From Eledone cirrhosa (Eukaryota): a DNA stretch of 64,000 bases. The translations under genes and the position numbers were made by a program. The stretch is taken from the NCBI GenBank assembly GCA_964016885.1, contig OZ024745.1, forward strand, positions 124,558,001 through 124,622,000, given 5' to 3'. The notes under the pieces are model-generated. The model saw nothing but the letters and a program-made list of their open reading frames with translations. It was not told where the DNA came from and did not search any database. Below are positions 27,158 through 41,375 of the stretch, one piece after another. Position 1 is the stretch's first letter. The number at the start of each line of letters is the position of its first letter.

Positions 27158-29250
27158 CTTTCTATCTTATACCCAGCAATATATTCTAAAACGTCACATC
27201 AACTTACAACGTAATTCCCGCTGAGCACTTTGGCATTTGCTCTCTCGATTCCTACATTTAATATTCATTTATATTTTACTTGATATTTCATTCACACGAA
27301 TAATTGCAACGCAACAGTTAACCTAAAAGATACCCTCTACCAATTACTCTTCAATTATTCTTTAGGAATCTTACAGACATTCACCTATTACTTTAAATTT
27401 AACATTCAAACTTGACATTAGATAAACAAGATATTATTTCTCATACTAACATATTTGCTTCTCATTTCGTATTTACCTGATTGTAGACAACAGCTTTTCA
27501 CAAATGTAAAATCTATTCATTAATGGACTAATATGATCTAGAAAATATAGATATTAATATGAATTGAAATACAATGTTAATATCACAACGATGCATTCAC
27601 ACAGCATATTATATTAAATAGCTTCTATACATGTTTATAGTAGGCAATGGCATCTTTAATAAGTCACACATCACGCATATCACAAAACAAAAATAACATA
27701 TGTAAACATTTGTATATTAGCCACTAATACTCTTCTTTCTCCAAATGACTTTTGTGCATTATCCTACTTTCCGACATTACGTTTATATAGAAATCGTTAT
27801 TTATAGTACACTGTCAATAATAACTCACAAAAAGAATCATAACCTGTTTGTTTGTTATAAAACATCATTATTTTTAATTCCTCGAAAATTCTTATGCGAC
27901 TACATTTATTTCATTTCATTCCAAATCTTATATTGATGCATATTTCTTTCATTGCCCTTTTCAGCTTGCAGCTCCGATAAACAAATACTTATTTCTGTTT
28001 GAATTCGGTTCTGTATCATTTTAAATTCTGTTGTTATATTGATCAACTTCAACATTTATTCATTCTTTGTAGTAGCTTCTCTGAAGTGGTTCCAGTAATT
28101 TTGATTCAGAACCACTATAGAAAATAATTCTTTTATTTTAACTATCTCCTCGCTACTGAAATATACAAACATTTATAAATATACATAAGATTTATAGTTT
28201 ATTCCGATGTTCTCTTGATATCAAGTTGGAAAGTAACCTTTTGATAGTTTGTTATATTCTTTATTGATTAATGTTTATTGTTTTTTTTTGCATTTATTCA
28301 GTCCATACTTAGTCTATATTATGTTGGATAAGGTTGGATGGTGATGTGTGGTCTTCAGTATTAGCTCATGATTTAGAGTTAATTTAATATTCATGGTTCG
28401 TGCTGCTTGGATGGCAATAAGTTTTGTTTTAATATTGTTATGATTTGTTTGGGGTTATTTTAATCTGGTTTTCATTTGAACTCCCGTTTATAGTTTACAT
28501 GCAATGATTCTATAGTGTGAGGGGGAGGCGTTTATATGATATTATTCAATGTTAGTTTCTTAATCGGTTATTTATTTGCTGAGCCTTTAGCTTCACTTAA
28601 TTCCTCTATTTGGGTTTATCGGTTCGTTAAGCGAGTAGGGTATGGATTAGGGTAAAAGCTGATTGGCGAGAATTGGTTTATTCCGTTCGACTAATAAGAA
28701 TTGGGCGTGTGGTATACTTGCGGTGTTGGTCTATATTTCGTCTTAGGTTCGTAGGATGTCACTAGTGGATATATTTATTTGTGAGTGCAATACAAATTAC
28801 ATAATGGGAAAATAGTTACCTCAGAGTAATATACAAATTACGTATTTCGACGTCACTGCCTCAATACGTCTCTCACCGTAATACGATTAATTAGTACGGG
28901 TTGGCTCTAGCTTTACTAGGAGTATTGATTTGGAGGTGTTTGCCAGCCTCAATTTAAAAGAATAAAACAAGAAAAGAAATACAAACCAATATTGGGGCAT
29001 CTGCCAAACACCCAGACAGCTTTTGGTAATGCTGTTTCGCAATTTTATTGAAGGGAATTACAAATTCTTTTGCTCATCAGTGGGTGTAAAATTAGTAAAC
29101 CCTTCCCCTCTAAGTATCTCAGAAGAGTGAATAGTGTGCGTATATGAAATGACGCACATGGAAGGCATCAGAACCTAGCGTGTCCTGCTAAAAATAGCAA
29201 CCAAGTTTACTCGACATTTAAATTAGCTCTACAAATTCAATGAGTCGAAT

Positions 29251-29481
29251 ATATCAAAGGTATATATTGAGTTAGAAACTCAAAATAGACTCTTACAATT
29301 AAATAGCTCAAGGAAAGAGAATTTTCCGGACCGTATAATATAATTGAATATGTATATATCTGTGTTTATCTCTATTTTATATTCAATTATATTATACGGC
29401 CCGGAAAAATCCCTTTTCTTGAGCTACTTAATTGTAAGAGACTATTTTGAATTTCTAAATCAATATATACCTTTGATGTAT
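29251..29481. mobile_element. Family F fold-back element
   Basis: 29251-29350 is inverted at 29381-29481; related to 11657 and 60746. Confidence 0.8.
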
Positions 29482-29602
29482 ATTTATATCTGTATTTTTA
29501 ACCGCTGGTCAATCAATGATAAACATTGATTGCCAAATAAATTAACTATGGAGATATAAACGATACAGAAGCGAAAACCAACCAAACAGTGAGTGTTTCT
29601 GG

Positions 29603-29638
<36 letters not shown>

Positions 29639-29814
29639 ATTTACATACACATAAAGTTGGGAGAGGAAATGGTATATATTTTATCTAATAATTCTAAGGA
29701 CATGATTTATGATATATATATATATATATCAATCATATATATATATGTAAACTATGTTCTCTAATTAATATACTTCTTAACTTTATTATATACTTTTTAT
29801 CATATTTCCTGTAG

Positions 29815-29852
29815 CATGAAGAAGTCGAAATTTTTATCGACTGAAACCGGTA
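29815..29852 (+). ncRNA. Degenerate minimal hammerhead motif
   Basis: c-aTGAAGA-agtcga-aattttta-tcgact-GAAA-ccgg-TA: perfect 6-bp stem II and ACCGGT stem III, but C3 is altered and stem I is not evident. Confidence 0.5.
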
Positions 29853-29939
29853 CGATAAATTGTTTTGAAAAAAATGTTTTTCTGTTTTTCTATACGAAAA
29901 TTCTGTTAGCATTTTCTACTCTTTTTTTTTTATTTTCCT

Positions 29940-29940
<1 letters not shown>

Positions 29941-29999
<59 letters not shown>
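29941..29999. repeat. (ATC)n microsatellite
   Basis: Directly visible. Confidence 0.95.
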
Positions 30000-31983
30000 T
30001 TTACGTATTAACAGATGTAAATAATAGATAGACTCATACATTTGCAGATAATTTAAGAGAGGTATTAATCCATTGAGATTGTGTAACGTTTCAGTAATTT
30101 GATTTATAACTCAATTAATTTTACAAAAGAGATGAATGGACCTAAAATATTCTACATTAAAGAAGACAATAATGTTTACTAAAATTACCTTACCGGCTAT
30201 CTAGACATTTTGCTGATTACACACCTGGTGTATTACTGCTGATCCAATGAAAGATACTCTCTTAGCCACACACTGTACGAGTGTTAAAATCGTAATTTGC
30301 TGATATATATATTTGTTAGGTACAGACAATGCATGCCACCCATACAAAGCTACATACATACATTCATGCAGATGCATATATATACGTGTATTTTTCGAGT
30401 GGGATGTATACCCCTACCCCATATATATATATTTCATGTTAAAATACATTCTTTATTTTCATTTCCTTATATGGTTCATTGGGATTCAAGTAATACTAAA
30501 GCAATACCTCTCTCACCATCACACGATGGTGATGCAATTGAAACATTTCATATGTTCATATATATAGTATTTGTAGTAAAACATCTGACATTAAATATAT
30601 CTTCTACTGATGTATTCAAGAATGCTTGTGAATCGATATTTCTTCAAGCTTTTATGGAGGGTTAAGATTTGTATAAGGTTGAAATAGTGAAATAGTTGGT
30701 GGAATCGATTTATTTTTGCATAATGTTATGCCTACTACTTTTCACACTCTGGCATATGAATGGCAACTGTCTCTCAGCCAGGCAGCGGAGATTGCCAGCA
30801 TTATTTTTCTTATGCAGCCCCCAATACAATAAGTTTTGATTTTCAAACCATATCCTGTGGCCTGATAAATTAATATAATACTTTACAGAATAATGTCTCT
30901 ATTGTGAAATTATACATTATATCACTGCAACTTTAAGAGACAACTATCTCAAAAATTACGGAATAATGGATTACGTTAATGATAATTAATTTTATTTAAT
31001 TATCAACGGTTAAATTACTCAAGAATTGTTTTGTGAATCACCAATTAAAGTAATAAATAGATTATTGAAAATTTTAAAAACAAAATATTTCATTTACTTA
31101 TGGAAGTTACTCGATACATTGTCTAAGCTATTTTGAGAATATGTAGAAGGACTTCCATGGAATGAAATAGACGGTTAACAATTGATTAAATACAAATCTA
31201 TATGGTAGTATTATTAAATATCTCTCTCTACCAATAGTTTGGCTGTTATGTTCATTCATGAATTGTTGGTCTTCTATTTAGATTTTGAATGAATGTTGAT
31301 ATGTAAGGTTTGGTTGATTTCCAAATCATTACTGCTCTCTGTTGCTCTATATCGTAGCAACATTGCACATATTTTGGATAAAAACAACCCACTGATGTCA
31401 CGTTTTAATCGATATGTTCAGAAGATATTTGGTATCAAGCACATACATCATTCTGAGTAACATATAAAAGAATATGTCTATTTATAAGTTATTCGAGACA
31501 TGTTGCTTGTGCAACAGAAGAATGCATATTCCTCTAATGATGTCTAAAGTAGCATTGCGTATTTGCGAGTTTAGCTGTTCACTAACGAATTCTTTCTAGA
31601 AAATACATTTAAGTTACGCAAATCTGTCCTTGGAAAGTAGAGATGCTTCTCAGATGATTCTACAACTAAGTAAAAATATATTTGGTTATAATATTTTGTG
31701 AAAACACATATATAGGTGGAAATTTCAACGGGCTAACACAAACTTATATTTAATTCTTCATCGTAACGGATGTACCTTTGATTGTAAGTTTAATGTTATA
31801 TATTCCATATTAATTCAATGTATCATGCACTTCTGATTGTTACTTTTATATATTTTGTTGAAAGCATTTGGCGCTACTTTCAAAATGTTTGAAATTTAAG
31901 CGTCTAAATATATGACTGGTTCTACTGCCTAGGCCTGTATTTCTTTCCTCTTTTGGGAGTCACGTGACAATGTTAGCTGTCAA

Positions 31984-32147
31984 GAACTGATAGTTAGTCT
32001 CTAGCAGACCTTTCCAATGGAATGACAATGGCCTTTCCCTCTTGATTACTCACTGTATTGGTCCTGGAACTGTTAGTTAGTCTCTAGCAGACCTTTCCAA
32101 TAGAACAACAAGCGCCTCTCCTTCATTACTCGCTCTATTGGTCCTGG
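31984..32147. repeat. ~83 bp tandem duplication
   Basis: gaactg(a/t)tagttagtctctagcagacctttccaat...tattggtcctgg occurs at 31984 and 32067. Confidence 0.85.
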
Positions 32148-32373
32148 CACGAATGTTCTTTTCTGGATGATTCTAGAATTAACGGGCAACCTCCTCGCAC
32201 TGGGTACAGCACTTGCACTCTAGGGCGCGGGTTCCAGTGAAGAAACCAACGATTACCGCACATTTATATATCGCTCCCACATAACATCGATGTTACCACT
32301 GACTTGTACCATCAACTTGTACCTCGAAATGCACGTTCCGTGTAGGAAATTTCTGCGGGTTAGCACAAATTGA

Positions 32374-32517
<144 letters not shown>

Positions 32518-32519
32518 GC

Positions 32520-34163
32520 GCAAGTAATAAGACACCCAAATTCCAAGTCTTCCCATTTTACCTTTGCGCTGACAATACTACAGAACAAATACGAATAAAT
32601 AAGAAAATATGTTTATTCAAAAATATAGACCAGCATTAAATATGGTTTAATATACATTATGTCAACACCATAACATGCTAACCATCCAAACAGACACATA
32701 CACACACACATAACACCTTCTACTTTAGAAAATAAAAACCCGAACTAAATAAACCTTAACATACGTTTGCGCTGACAATACAACAGAACAAATACGAATA
32801 AGTAAGGAAAATATGTTCATTCAAAATTATTTCTACTAACGGAATCATTTTCCCACACACACACAATATATATATTCTCTTCATCTTAACATACTAACCA
32901 TACAACCACACACACATAACACCCATACACATACATAACCCCCCCCCCCACACACACACCACTCCCTCCCCCATTTCTACTAATAGAATCACTTTCCTAC
33001 ACACATACACACACACACAAAATATATATATTCTCTCCATCTTAACATACTCCAACACACACACACACACACACATAACACCCATACACACACACACAAC
33101 TCCCTCCCCCATTTCTACTAATAGAATCATCTTCCTACACACACACACAAGCACACAAATAAACATACATATCTTTACTTTCTTTATTTCAATAGAAACT
33201 CTGAATTCTGACACACCAGCGAACCAACCATATTCACTGAACCAGAACAATTCTCCCATCCCATTTCTCTTGACCATTAGCTTTTGCTTGTCATAAAATT
33301 CTCTAAAAGGCTACAAAATAAATTCCTAAATAGGGGCGCGAAATTTAATGAACTTGTTCACGTGACAGTCATAATTTCATTCATAACTAATCAAATTATA
33401 TTTATTAAAAAAAAGCCTTCGTGTGCCTTTTTTTTTAAGTAAAAAGAAATTCAAACAAACTTACGCGAAAGCTGATATACTTATTCACGTGACTACATCA
33501 ACCAACCAAACTTCACTCATATATGAAAAAAACAACCTGCTCAATTCACTGAACCAGAACAATTCGCCCATCCCATTTCTCTTGACCATTAGCTTTTGTT
33601 TGTCATAAAATTCTCTAAAAGGCTACAAAATAAATTCCCAAATACGGGCCCGAAATTTAATGAACTTCTTCACGTGACAACCATACTTTCATTTATAACC
33701 AATCAAATAACATTTATTAAAAAAAGACTTCGTGAGCCCCTTTTTTTAAGTAAAAAGAAATTCAAACACTCATATAGGAAAAAACAACCTGAGCCCCCCC
33801 CCCCCTCTCCCTCCCCTTGTTTGAAGAACTTTGTAACGCGATCTGGCCCGAAATGTATTATACTTATTGACAAACCAATCAAATTACTTCTCTAAAAACC
33901 TGGCGTTTCGAGCCACTTTTTTTCCATATAAAACAAGTAACATTCAAAGACCAACCAGATGTGAGAAAAACCACAGACCCTCCATCTCAACTCTACTTTT
34001 GAAAAGCAGAAGAACTGCGAAACCGGTAAAGGAACCAAATAAATATATATATTTTTAAAAAATAAGACTCCAGTTGCATTTTCGATTTCATCTTTTTTTC
34101 TTCATACTTTCACTCGTGTAGGACACCTCGGTTATTTTTCATTTTGTAAAAAAACCTCACTTC

Positions 34164-34168
<5 letters not shown>
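32520..34168 (+). mobile_element. Long non-coding family B element with internal tandem repeats and a terminal hammerhead (33996-34031)
   Basis: Flanked by (TA)n; ~140 bp repeats at 32820-33140, a ~312 bp duplication (33233 and 33545), then the family B terminus. Confidence 0.7.
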
Positions 34169-34226
<58 letters not shown>

Positions 34227-34362
34227 GGCTGTAGAAGCCATTTCTATATTAAATATTAAATATTTATACTCTGCTTTGCATTTAGTAACTTACTTACTGT
34301 GGTTATCCCCGATTGAACCCGGGATAAACTCATATATCTATCTATCTCTCTCTCTATATATG

Positions 34363-34414
<52 letters not shown>

Positions 34415-35199
34415 TGCGTGCGTGTGCGTGTGTGCGTGTGTGCGTGTGTGTGTGTTTGTGCAGTTGTGTTTGTGGTTGCATGTATGTGTGTTTACATATC
34501 GCGTTCTCAAACACGGAGGGTCCTTATGAAAAGCGGTCTGTAGCGTCGGGAATGTCCAGGCGAAACAATATTTATAGCACACTGCACAAATATGGATACG
34601 GAACAATGAATGTTTGGAAATGCAACGGTCTCTATTTACTACGATTTTGCACTCAAAATTTCATGTTATGCTGTAGACCACATCAGATGATGCAAACAAT
34701 TGTGTCATACCATATAGTTAATATGAAAATATTTGAAATAATCCCTTCCAATCCTTTAACGTGTTTGTATGATTTCTATAGATTCATGACAGAACATCTC
34801 TTCCTTTATCGTCTTGGAAATTTTGAAATATATGCGGGTGGTTTAATTTAAGCAGAATTCTTCACAGAATTAAATGTAAGAATCTCAAAAAGGATGTGAC
34901 ACATTGTTTACTCCTTTGAATCACTTAATGGATTTTCTCTCTCGTGTTATCATTTTGAGTGCACATTCAGACATATGAATAATTCATACACATTTTCGTA
35001 GGTGAAAACAACGAAACTTTGCTTGCTGCATTTAATACGACTTTTGAGATTCTGCACCAAATTTAGGTGGGGAACTTTGTTGAGCCTTCACGAAAACAAA
35101 ACAATTGTAGAAGAATGGCAACATCACCAACGGATGATTCAATTTTTTATTCTCAAAATATATTTCGGGAATTATATATATATATATATATTTAATTAA

Positions 35200-35384
35200 T
35201 TGTTTCTACTTTAGGCACAAGGCCAGCAATTATCCAGTGCATTACTGGTACTTTATTTTATCGACCCCGTAAGGATGAAAGGCAAAGTCAACCTCGGCGG
35301 GATTTGAACTCAGATCATAAAGGGACGTAACTATGCTGGAAAGCATGGCGTCCGACACTCTACCGATACTGCCAATCCACCGCC
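35200..35384 (-). mobile_element. tRNA-derived SINE, full length with TSD
   Basis: Family match; atatatttaattaat is duplicated on both sides. Confidence 0.9.
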
Positions 35385-35491
35385 CATATATTTAATTAAT
35401 AACGACGAAACTCATTGGATGAAGTTTGACTGGGGAAATGGTTAAATATATTTTCTATAAATACCGTCATTTTTGTTAGGTGCTATATTAC

Positions 35492-35541
35492 AACTCTAAG
35501 TATTGAGTACTCTGGTGCGTTATGGTCCACCCTCTTTGTTA
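35492..35541 (+). mobile_element. Family A 3'-terminal stub joined to (TA)n
   Basis: taagtattgagtactctggtgcgttatggtcca...tttgtta matches the tail of 11437-11640. Confidence 0.75.
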
Positions 35542-36549
35542 TATATATATATATATAAAGAAGAGGTCGGTGTGCTTGAATATTACATCATTTAATTGAT
35601 TAGTTTATTAGTGTTATATATAATTCAATTGTATCTATTACCTAATAGATACGACCTCACCAGACAACTATTATATAATCTATTGTTTAACGTGTGAGTT
35701 GTGGAGTTGCTCCTCTGACGAGCAGCTATATATATATCTTACATATAAAGTATCTATGACTGAGCACATTTAATGTTAAAATAGATGATGTGAATTCATA
35801 AATAAACACACTTTTTTAATTAGAAGCCTTGCTGTGAAATCAAAGAACGGCACTTACATTTTAAGAACACATAATTAAGTGGACACACATTTTGACCACA
35901 GCGTACATTTAAAACAACGAAGCCTAGCAACACAATAAAATATAGAACGCAAGACGCAACTTGATAGAAATATTTAGAGATACCATAAAAATTCTTTATA
36001 GAATTTCATAAGTAAAAAAATACGAAATAGAGAACAAGTTTAGAATAAACTTTGCAAGGCCTTTCTATCGTATCTGCCACACGTTCACAAATAGAAGCCT
36101 TTCAACACTGTATACATGTATAAATGAAATGATAACATTTTCTGACCAGATTTGGTAACAAAACATTGAAAACTAAATTTGGAAATTTTACTAAAATGCT
36201 GCTTACTAAAATGTTGCTTACTAAAATGTTGCTTGCTAAGAATATATGACATTTTCTGTGCTAAGAATATCTGACATTTTCTGACTGGAAACATTTACAG
36301 TGATTTGAACAAAATATATGAACTGTCATTTATAATGGTAACGACGCTTGCTTTATCAGATCTAGCTTGTTGCGAAAGGTAAAAAAGTAGAGGTTAATAT
36401 ACAGGCTCACATACACTCACACATACACTCACACGTATATGCGATGGGAACACACAAAATACACATATATGAGTATTATGACACACGAATATATAATAGA
36501 CATATGTCTATATATTGTTATTGAACTTAACAGCGTAAGTTCAAACATA

Positions 36550-36837
36550 TGTGCTGCAGCTGATTCAAGAAATGGAACTGTCAGTTCAGGAAATCAACGT
36601 GTAACTGGCTGAAAAGTCCAAAGACAGGTACAACTTTAACCGAGTTCTCAGAAAGATTCAGTGTGACACGATTTATGCCTAGGAAGCCCCCTTGAATTTC
36701 AGGTAAAACTCTCTTTTGACATCTGAGCGGCCTGAAGCAGCATGTAGTAAAGTATCTTGCTCAAGGACATAACGCATCTTCCCGTATAGGAATCAATCCC
36801 TCGTATGGCCATCACTCTAATCATTAGGCCCACAGCG
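36550..36837 (-). mobile_element. Second, older tRNA-derived SINE family
   Basis: Minus strand shows a tRNA-like head (ggcctaatgattagagtg) followed by gtccttgagcaagatacttta, a central motif common in metazoan SINEs. Confidence 0.55.
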
Positions 36838-37249
36838 ACTTCAACAGTTAGTAGTATGGACGATTCCCGGAAATCCGTCATAGGACTGCTGGCCGATGAG
36901 ACTTTCCTTGTCTGTAATCTTCTGGTTATGGACTTATCATTAATCTATCACCAACGGAATCTCCACAGAATTAGAAACAGTACTAGACTAGCTACACGTG
37001 GATATGTGTACTCCGGCAATTGTTGTGTGCTAAACTATGAGGATACTGGCAGTTTCGATTTGATGAAATAGCGAGTACTTTAACATTTTCATATGTTAAT
37101 TTGTCGATACAATAAATACATGGTTTTAACAGCTTAGGATTCTGGCTGGAAATATTACATTACAATTAAGCATATGCGCGTGATTCATATGAATTTATTG
37201 AGCAAACCGTAAACAACAAGATTGAAATCACTGAATATTTTCTAAACCC

Positions 37250-37352
<103 letters not shown>

Positions 37353-37360
37353 TTGTATAC

Positions 37361-37399
<39 letters not shown>

Positions 37400-37717
37400 G
37401 GTGTATGTGTGTGTGTGTGCATACTTACATTTATGCATCAGCTGTGCTAGAGCGAGAAATAAAATTCTAATTTTTTTAATATATATATATAAATGAAGTA
37501 TTTCCGTCGGAAAGGTACAGGAAAAAGTGTGCTCTATGTAGGCTACAGAGCTTATTAGTTATGTAATAAAAAACATAAGATAATCATTCCATTTACCAGT
37601 GGTTTCTTTGAAGACAGATGTTATATCTGTCTTCAATCATCAGAATGAATAAAAAATCATGGTGTTTTTATTAAATATGGATTTGAAAATTACTCATAGC
37701 AGAAAAAGAATATATAT

Positions 37718-37828
<111 letters not shown>

Positions 37829-37830
37829 CG

Positions 37831-38333
37831 ATAAACGGAAAAAATGAAACGAAATTTCATTTCTCACTCTTAGTACGGGTGTTACTTAAATATAAGTTTA
37901 TCGTTTTCGGTGCGCCCGGCAGATTAACTCACTCGATATGCAAATTAGGCTGATCAGCCGTTAATATGCATAAGGAAAGTATATACTTTCAGACGTTCAA
38001 TCATCTGGCAGGAAGGTATACGGTGCTGACGATAGCTAATAAGCTTGAAACTAGTACATCGTTCCTATGTCAGTGTTGAACAAAAGAGCAACGATGGTTG
38101 CTAAACACTGTACGGCTTAATTCGGGATGTTTGTTTACAAACACACCGAGCATTATAATAAATGTTCGGTGAATCCATACGTACATATATATATATATGT
38201 GTGCATGTATGTATATATATACATACTACTGTACGTCTGTATACATATATGTATGTACGTATACATACTTATATTTAAGTAACAGCCGTACTAAGAGTGA
38301 GAAATGAAATTTCGTTTCATTTTTTCCGTTTGT
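37831..38333. mobile_element. ~500 bp MITE-like element with ~65 bp TIRs in (TA)n
   Basis: aaacggaaaaaatgaaacgaaatttcatttctcactcttagtacgg..gttacttaaatataagt is inverted at 38267-38330. Confidence 0.85.
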
Positions 38334-38987
38334 ATAGATATATATATATATATCTGTTTAGATTGTTCGTTTTTTCGGCTACCGTGGCTGTTGATTTCAA
38401 AACCACTGTTTTCATTTTGTCTGGCCCTTATCACGCATGTTAATTGTTCTGGTTTCTTAGTACATTGAGCGCTCGCCGGCATAGCTCGACGATTGGGTTT
38501 CGTTTTATTTTGGCCCCCGTCGAAATACGATCTCGCTGAAATTATATTTGTATTAATCTCCCAGGCCCAGCAATTAATTAGTTAATTCAATTAGATAATT
38601 CTATTGACTGATTAATTGCTTAAATTTACTTCAAAACAACGCGGTCGAGAGCTTACTTCGATTTGTGCAAAATTTTGCAAATTTTAGCAATTCTTTTACA
38701 CATGTTGAATGCACCCGCCCAAAACCAGGGTTACCCCCTCGCTGAGTAACCGCGTGGGGGGTCTACTTCTCTGCTACTTCATTGGAACCCGGTAGGCGGT
38801 TGAGAACAGTAAACATGTTGACGAAATGGCTACCTTGTTCGATCGTTATACCAAAAGCTTACAACGAAAGCAGACAGTATAGTTGATTTAGAGTTCACAG
38901 AATCCTCCCATTGGATTTTATCTCCACGTCCCGGGAAGGTCCAGGTAATTATTTGTTAACCTGTTTAGCTTGTTCGTTTTTTCGGCT

Positions 38988-39330
38988 ATTAACCTCCATC
39001 AGTGCAGTTTACTCTTTACCTGCAAACTGTCAGAGCTAGTGAAAATATATGAGATTTTCTGAAATAATCAGTGACTGATCGGCCTGATTTATATATTAGC
39101 AGATTGGCTGATCAGTCAGATCTGCATATTAGCAACCCACTGTTTAGCGGGATTTGCATATCAGCAGATAGGCCAGTCAGTTTCCTGTATACGAGCGATT
39201 AATCGTCGGCTTAGCCATATACAAATTTCAGAAATTATCATATATTTTCACTAACCCTGACAGTTGGCAGGTAAGCGGTAAATTGCACTGATGAAGGGTA
39301 ATCGCCCAGAAATATTAGTGTCTGCAGTTC
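38988..39330 (+). mobile_element. Fold-back element with ~78 bp inverted arms, adjoining a hammerhead
   Basis: 38988-39065 is inverted at 39225-39302; preceded by a segment bounded by 28-bp direct repeats (38354 and 38961). Confidence 0.75.
39284..39326 (+). ncRNA. Minimal type I hammerhead ribozyme
   Basis: tgca-CTGATGA-a-gggt-aatc-gccc-a-GAAA-tattagtg-TC-tgca: 4-bp stem I, GUC triplet; stem III is a G-U-decayed ACACTAGTGT palindrome. Confidence 0.7.
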
Positions 39331-39449
39331 TGTTTACATTACAACACAAGAGCGAGAATCAGGGGCTCATTCTCTTGACATGGCTTATTAAAGAGGCTGT
39401 TTGTATAATTGCAAACGAATTGAAAATTATTAATATTCGAAGAAACTCA

Positions 39450-39770
39450 GATTACGTGGCGAGAATGGCCCGTGTGAGTGGTTTTACACTGATCATGCGC
39501 CTGTAGGTGGGTGAATTTGCGGAGGAGAGGGGTGCCCTTCCCGGGTTCTCTCGAAGCGTCGGGTCGTTCAGGATTGGTGGGGTACCTGAGTGAAACCTGG
39601 GTGGTCATCCCCGCTATTGGGGAATTTTTCTTGTATTTTTCTTGTTATCTTGTTATGTTATTTTTATTTATATTGTTTACACGTTATATATGTAAACCCC
39701 CACTGACCCTGTCTTTTGTATTGTCCCGTATATGTCGGCCCTTGTGGCCAATTAATGAAATCATTATTAT
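39450..39770 (+). mobile_element. 5'-truncated 3' end of a Tx1-clade LINE related to 13424-19410
   Basis: VARMARVSGFTLIMRL* versus EASMARMNGPSLSMCL*; shared ctattggggaattttt 3' UTR motif and ATT tail. Confidence 0.8.
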
Positions 39771-40051
39771 CCGAGGTTAACTTTGCCTTTCATCCTTACG
39801 GGGTTGATAAAATAAAGTACCAGTAATGCACTGGGTAATTGCTGGCCTTGTGCCAAAAGTAGAAACAATTTTATCATTATTATTGTTATCAGGGCGGTGG
39901 ATTGACAGTATTGGTAGAGGGTCGGACGCCATGCTTTGACGCATGGAGTTACGGCCCTTGCCATTCTGAGTTCAAATCTCGCCGAGGTTAACTTTGCCTT
40001 TCATCCTTACTGGGTCGACAAAATAAAGTACCAGTAATGCACTGGTTAATT
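39771..40051 (+). mobile_element. Two tandem SINE copies (3' half 39771-39869; 39892-40051)
   Basis: Family match to 12976-13161. Confidence 0.85.
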
Positions 40052-40143
40052 GCATATATTAATTATAATGGTTCTTATATATTTGATATATATTTATCCT
40101 TAGCGAGCACTCTTTGGATTTTAGTCTTCAAATATATTATTAT

Positions 40144-40196
<53 letters not shown>

Positions 40197-40450
40197 TCAT
40201 TGTGTCACACATATAGACGTTGTATAATCTAAGGAGAAGAAACCTATGTTGTTTATTGTTTAAATCAATTACTGCAAAAGAAGTAAATACATTCCTTTGA
40301 TTACTCTCTTATAAATCGCTATTGTCAGACACCATTACTTAAATTACCAAAGCTAAAAGCAAGAAATATGTCGATAGACAATGTAATTATGTGGACTTTA
40401 AACATTGTATTAATAATAATCTATCTGGTTTTTGATATTACAAATATATA

Positions 40451-40776
40451 CAGTTGTTCTCCGGGTGCTGTAGGAACGTAGCCCCTATAAAAATGCCTAT
40501 AAACTTCAAAATATAACGTAAAATATAATAAAAAAAAGAGGGAGCGTCTTATGAGAAAAAGCGTCCAATAGGTTGGCAAATACGTTATATTGTTATTAAT
40601 AATTCAGCGTTAAAAATATATATTGACACAAAAATTTATTAAAAAATCGCGGAAGATTTTTACGATTCCGCGAATATGCGGTGGTTTCCATGGACAATTA
40701 TTAGTTAGGTTTTAAGGAAAATTTGCGAATAACCAGGACAGCAAATGTCGGGACCTCAAATGCTGGGGGTACACTG
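40451..40776. mobile_element. Tc1/pogo (Tigger-like) MITE
   Basis: TA-cagttgttctccgg ... ctgggggtacactg-TA degenerate TIRs with TA TSD. Confidence 0.55.
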
Positions 40777-41221
40777 TACATGGATAAGAATTTGAATAAA
40801 AATATAATTTCATGGCAAGAACTGCATCTATGTTTGGTGTAACATCTTTAAAATTAGAAAATAATATGGTTTTTGTCTAGTGTAAAAGATGGTTGTTATT
40901 TGTAGCAGATAAAGTGACAGCGTAAGAGCTTCCTGGTTGTCTGGTATACTGGTATAAGTATTCTAATGTGATGTTAGGCAAAATGAAAATAGTTCCAAAA
41001 GATATAGCTGGCAAAATGTTAGATTTTATATCTTTTATGATTGTTAAATGAAAATACATTAGATAAGACGGTATGGCAGACATTAATTAAAGTTTCATAT
41101 TGAATTGCGAGAAAACTGATTTATTCTTCCTCGGGTAAATATTCTGAATATGTTGAAGCAGTGTGATGCATTGAATTTGCATATGTTTTTTTGTTTGTCT
41201 ATTCAAGAATATATATAAACA

Positions 41222-41265
<44 letters not shown>

Positions 41266-41375
41266 TATATATATATATGCAGGATATGGCAGCGATAATG
41301 AGGGACAGAGACCGCTGGAGAGAACTCGTCCATGGATCTCGGGAATTTTACCCGCCTTAGATAGATAGATATATA

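Noticed and set aside
35710-35845. Hammerhead at CTGACGA-gcagc...gctgt-GAAAT
   Set aside because: Stems I and III cannot be built; at best a relic.
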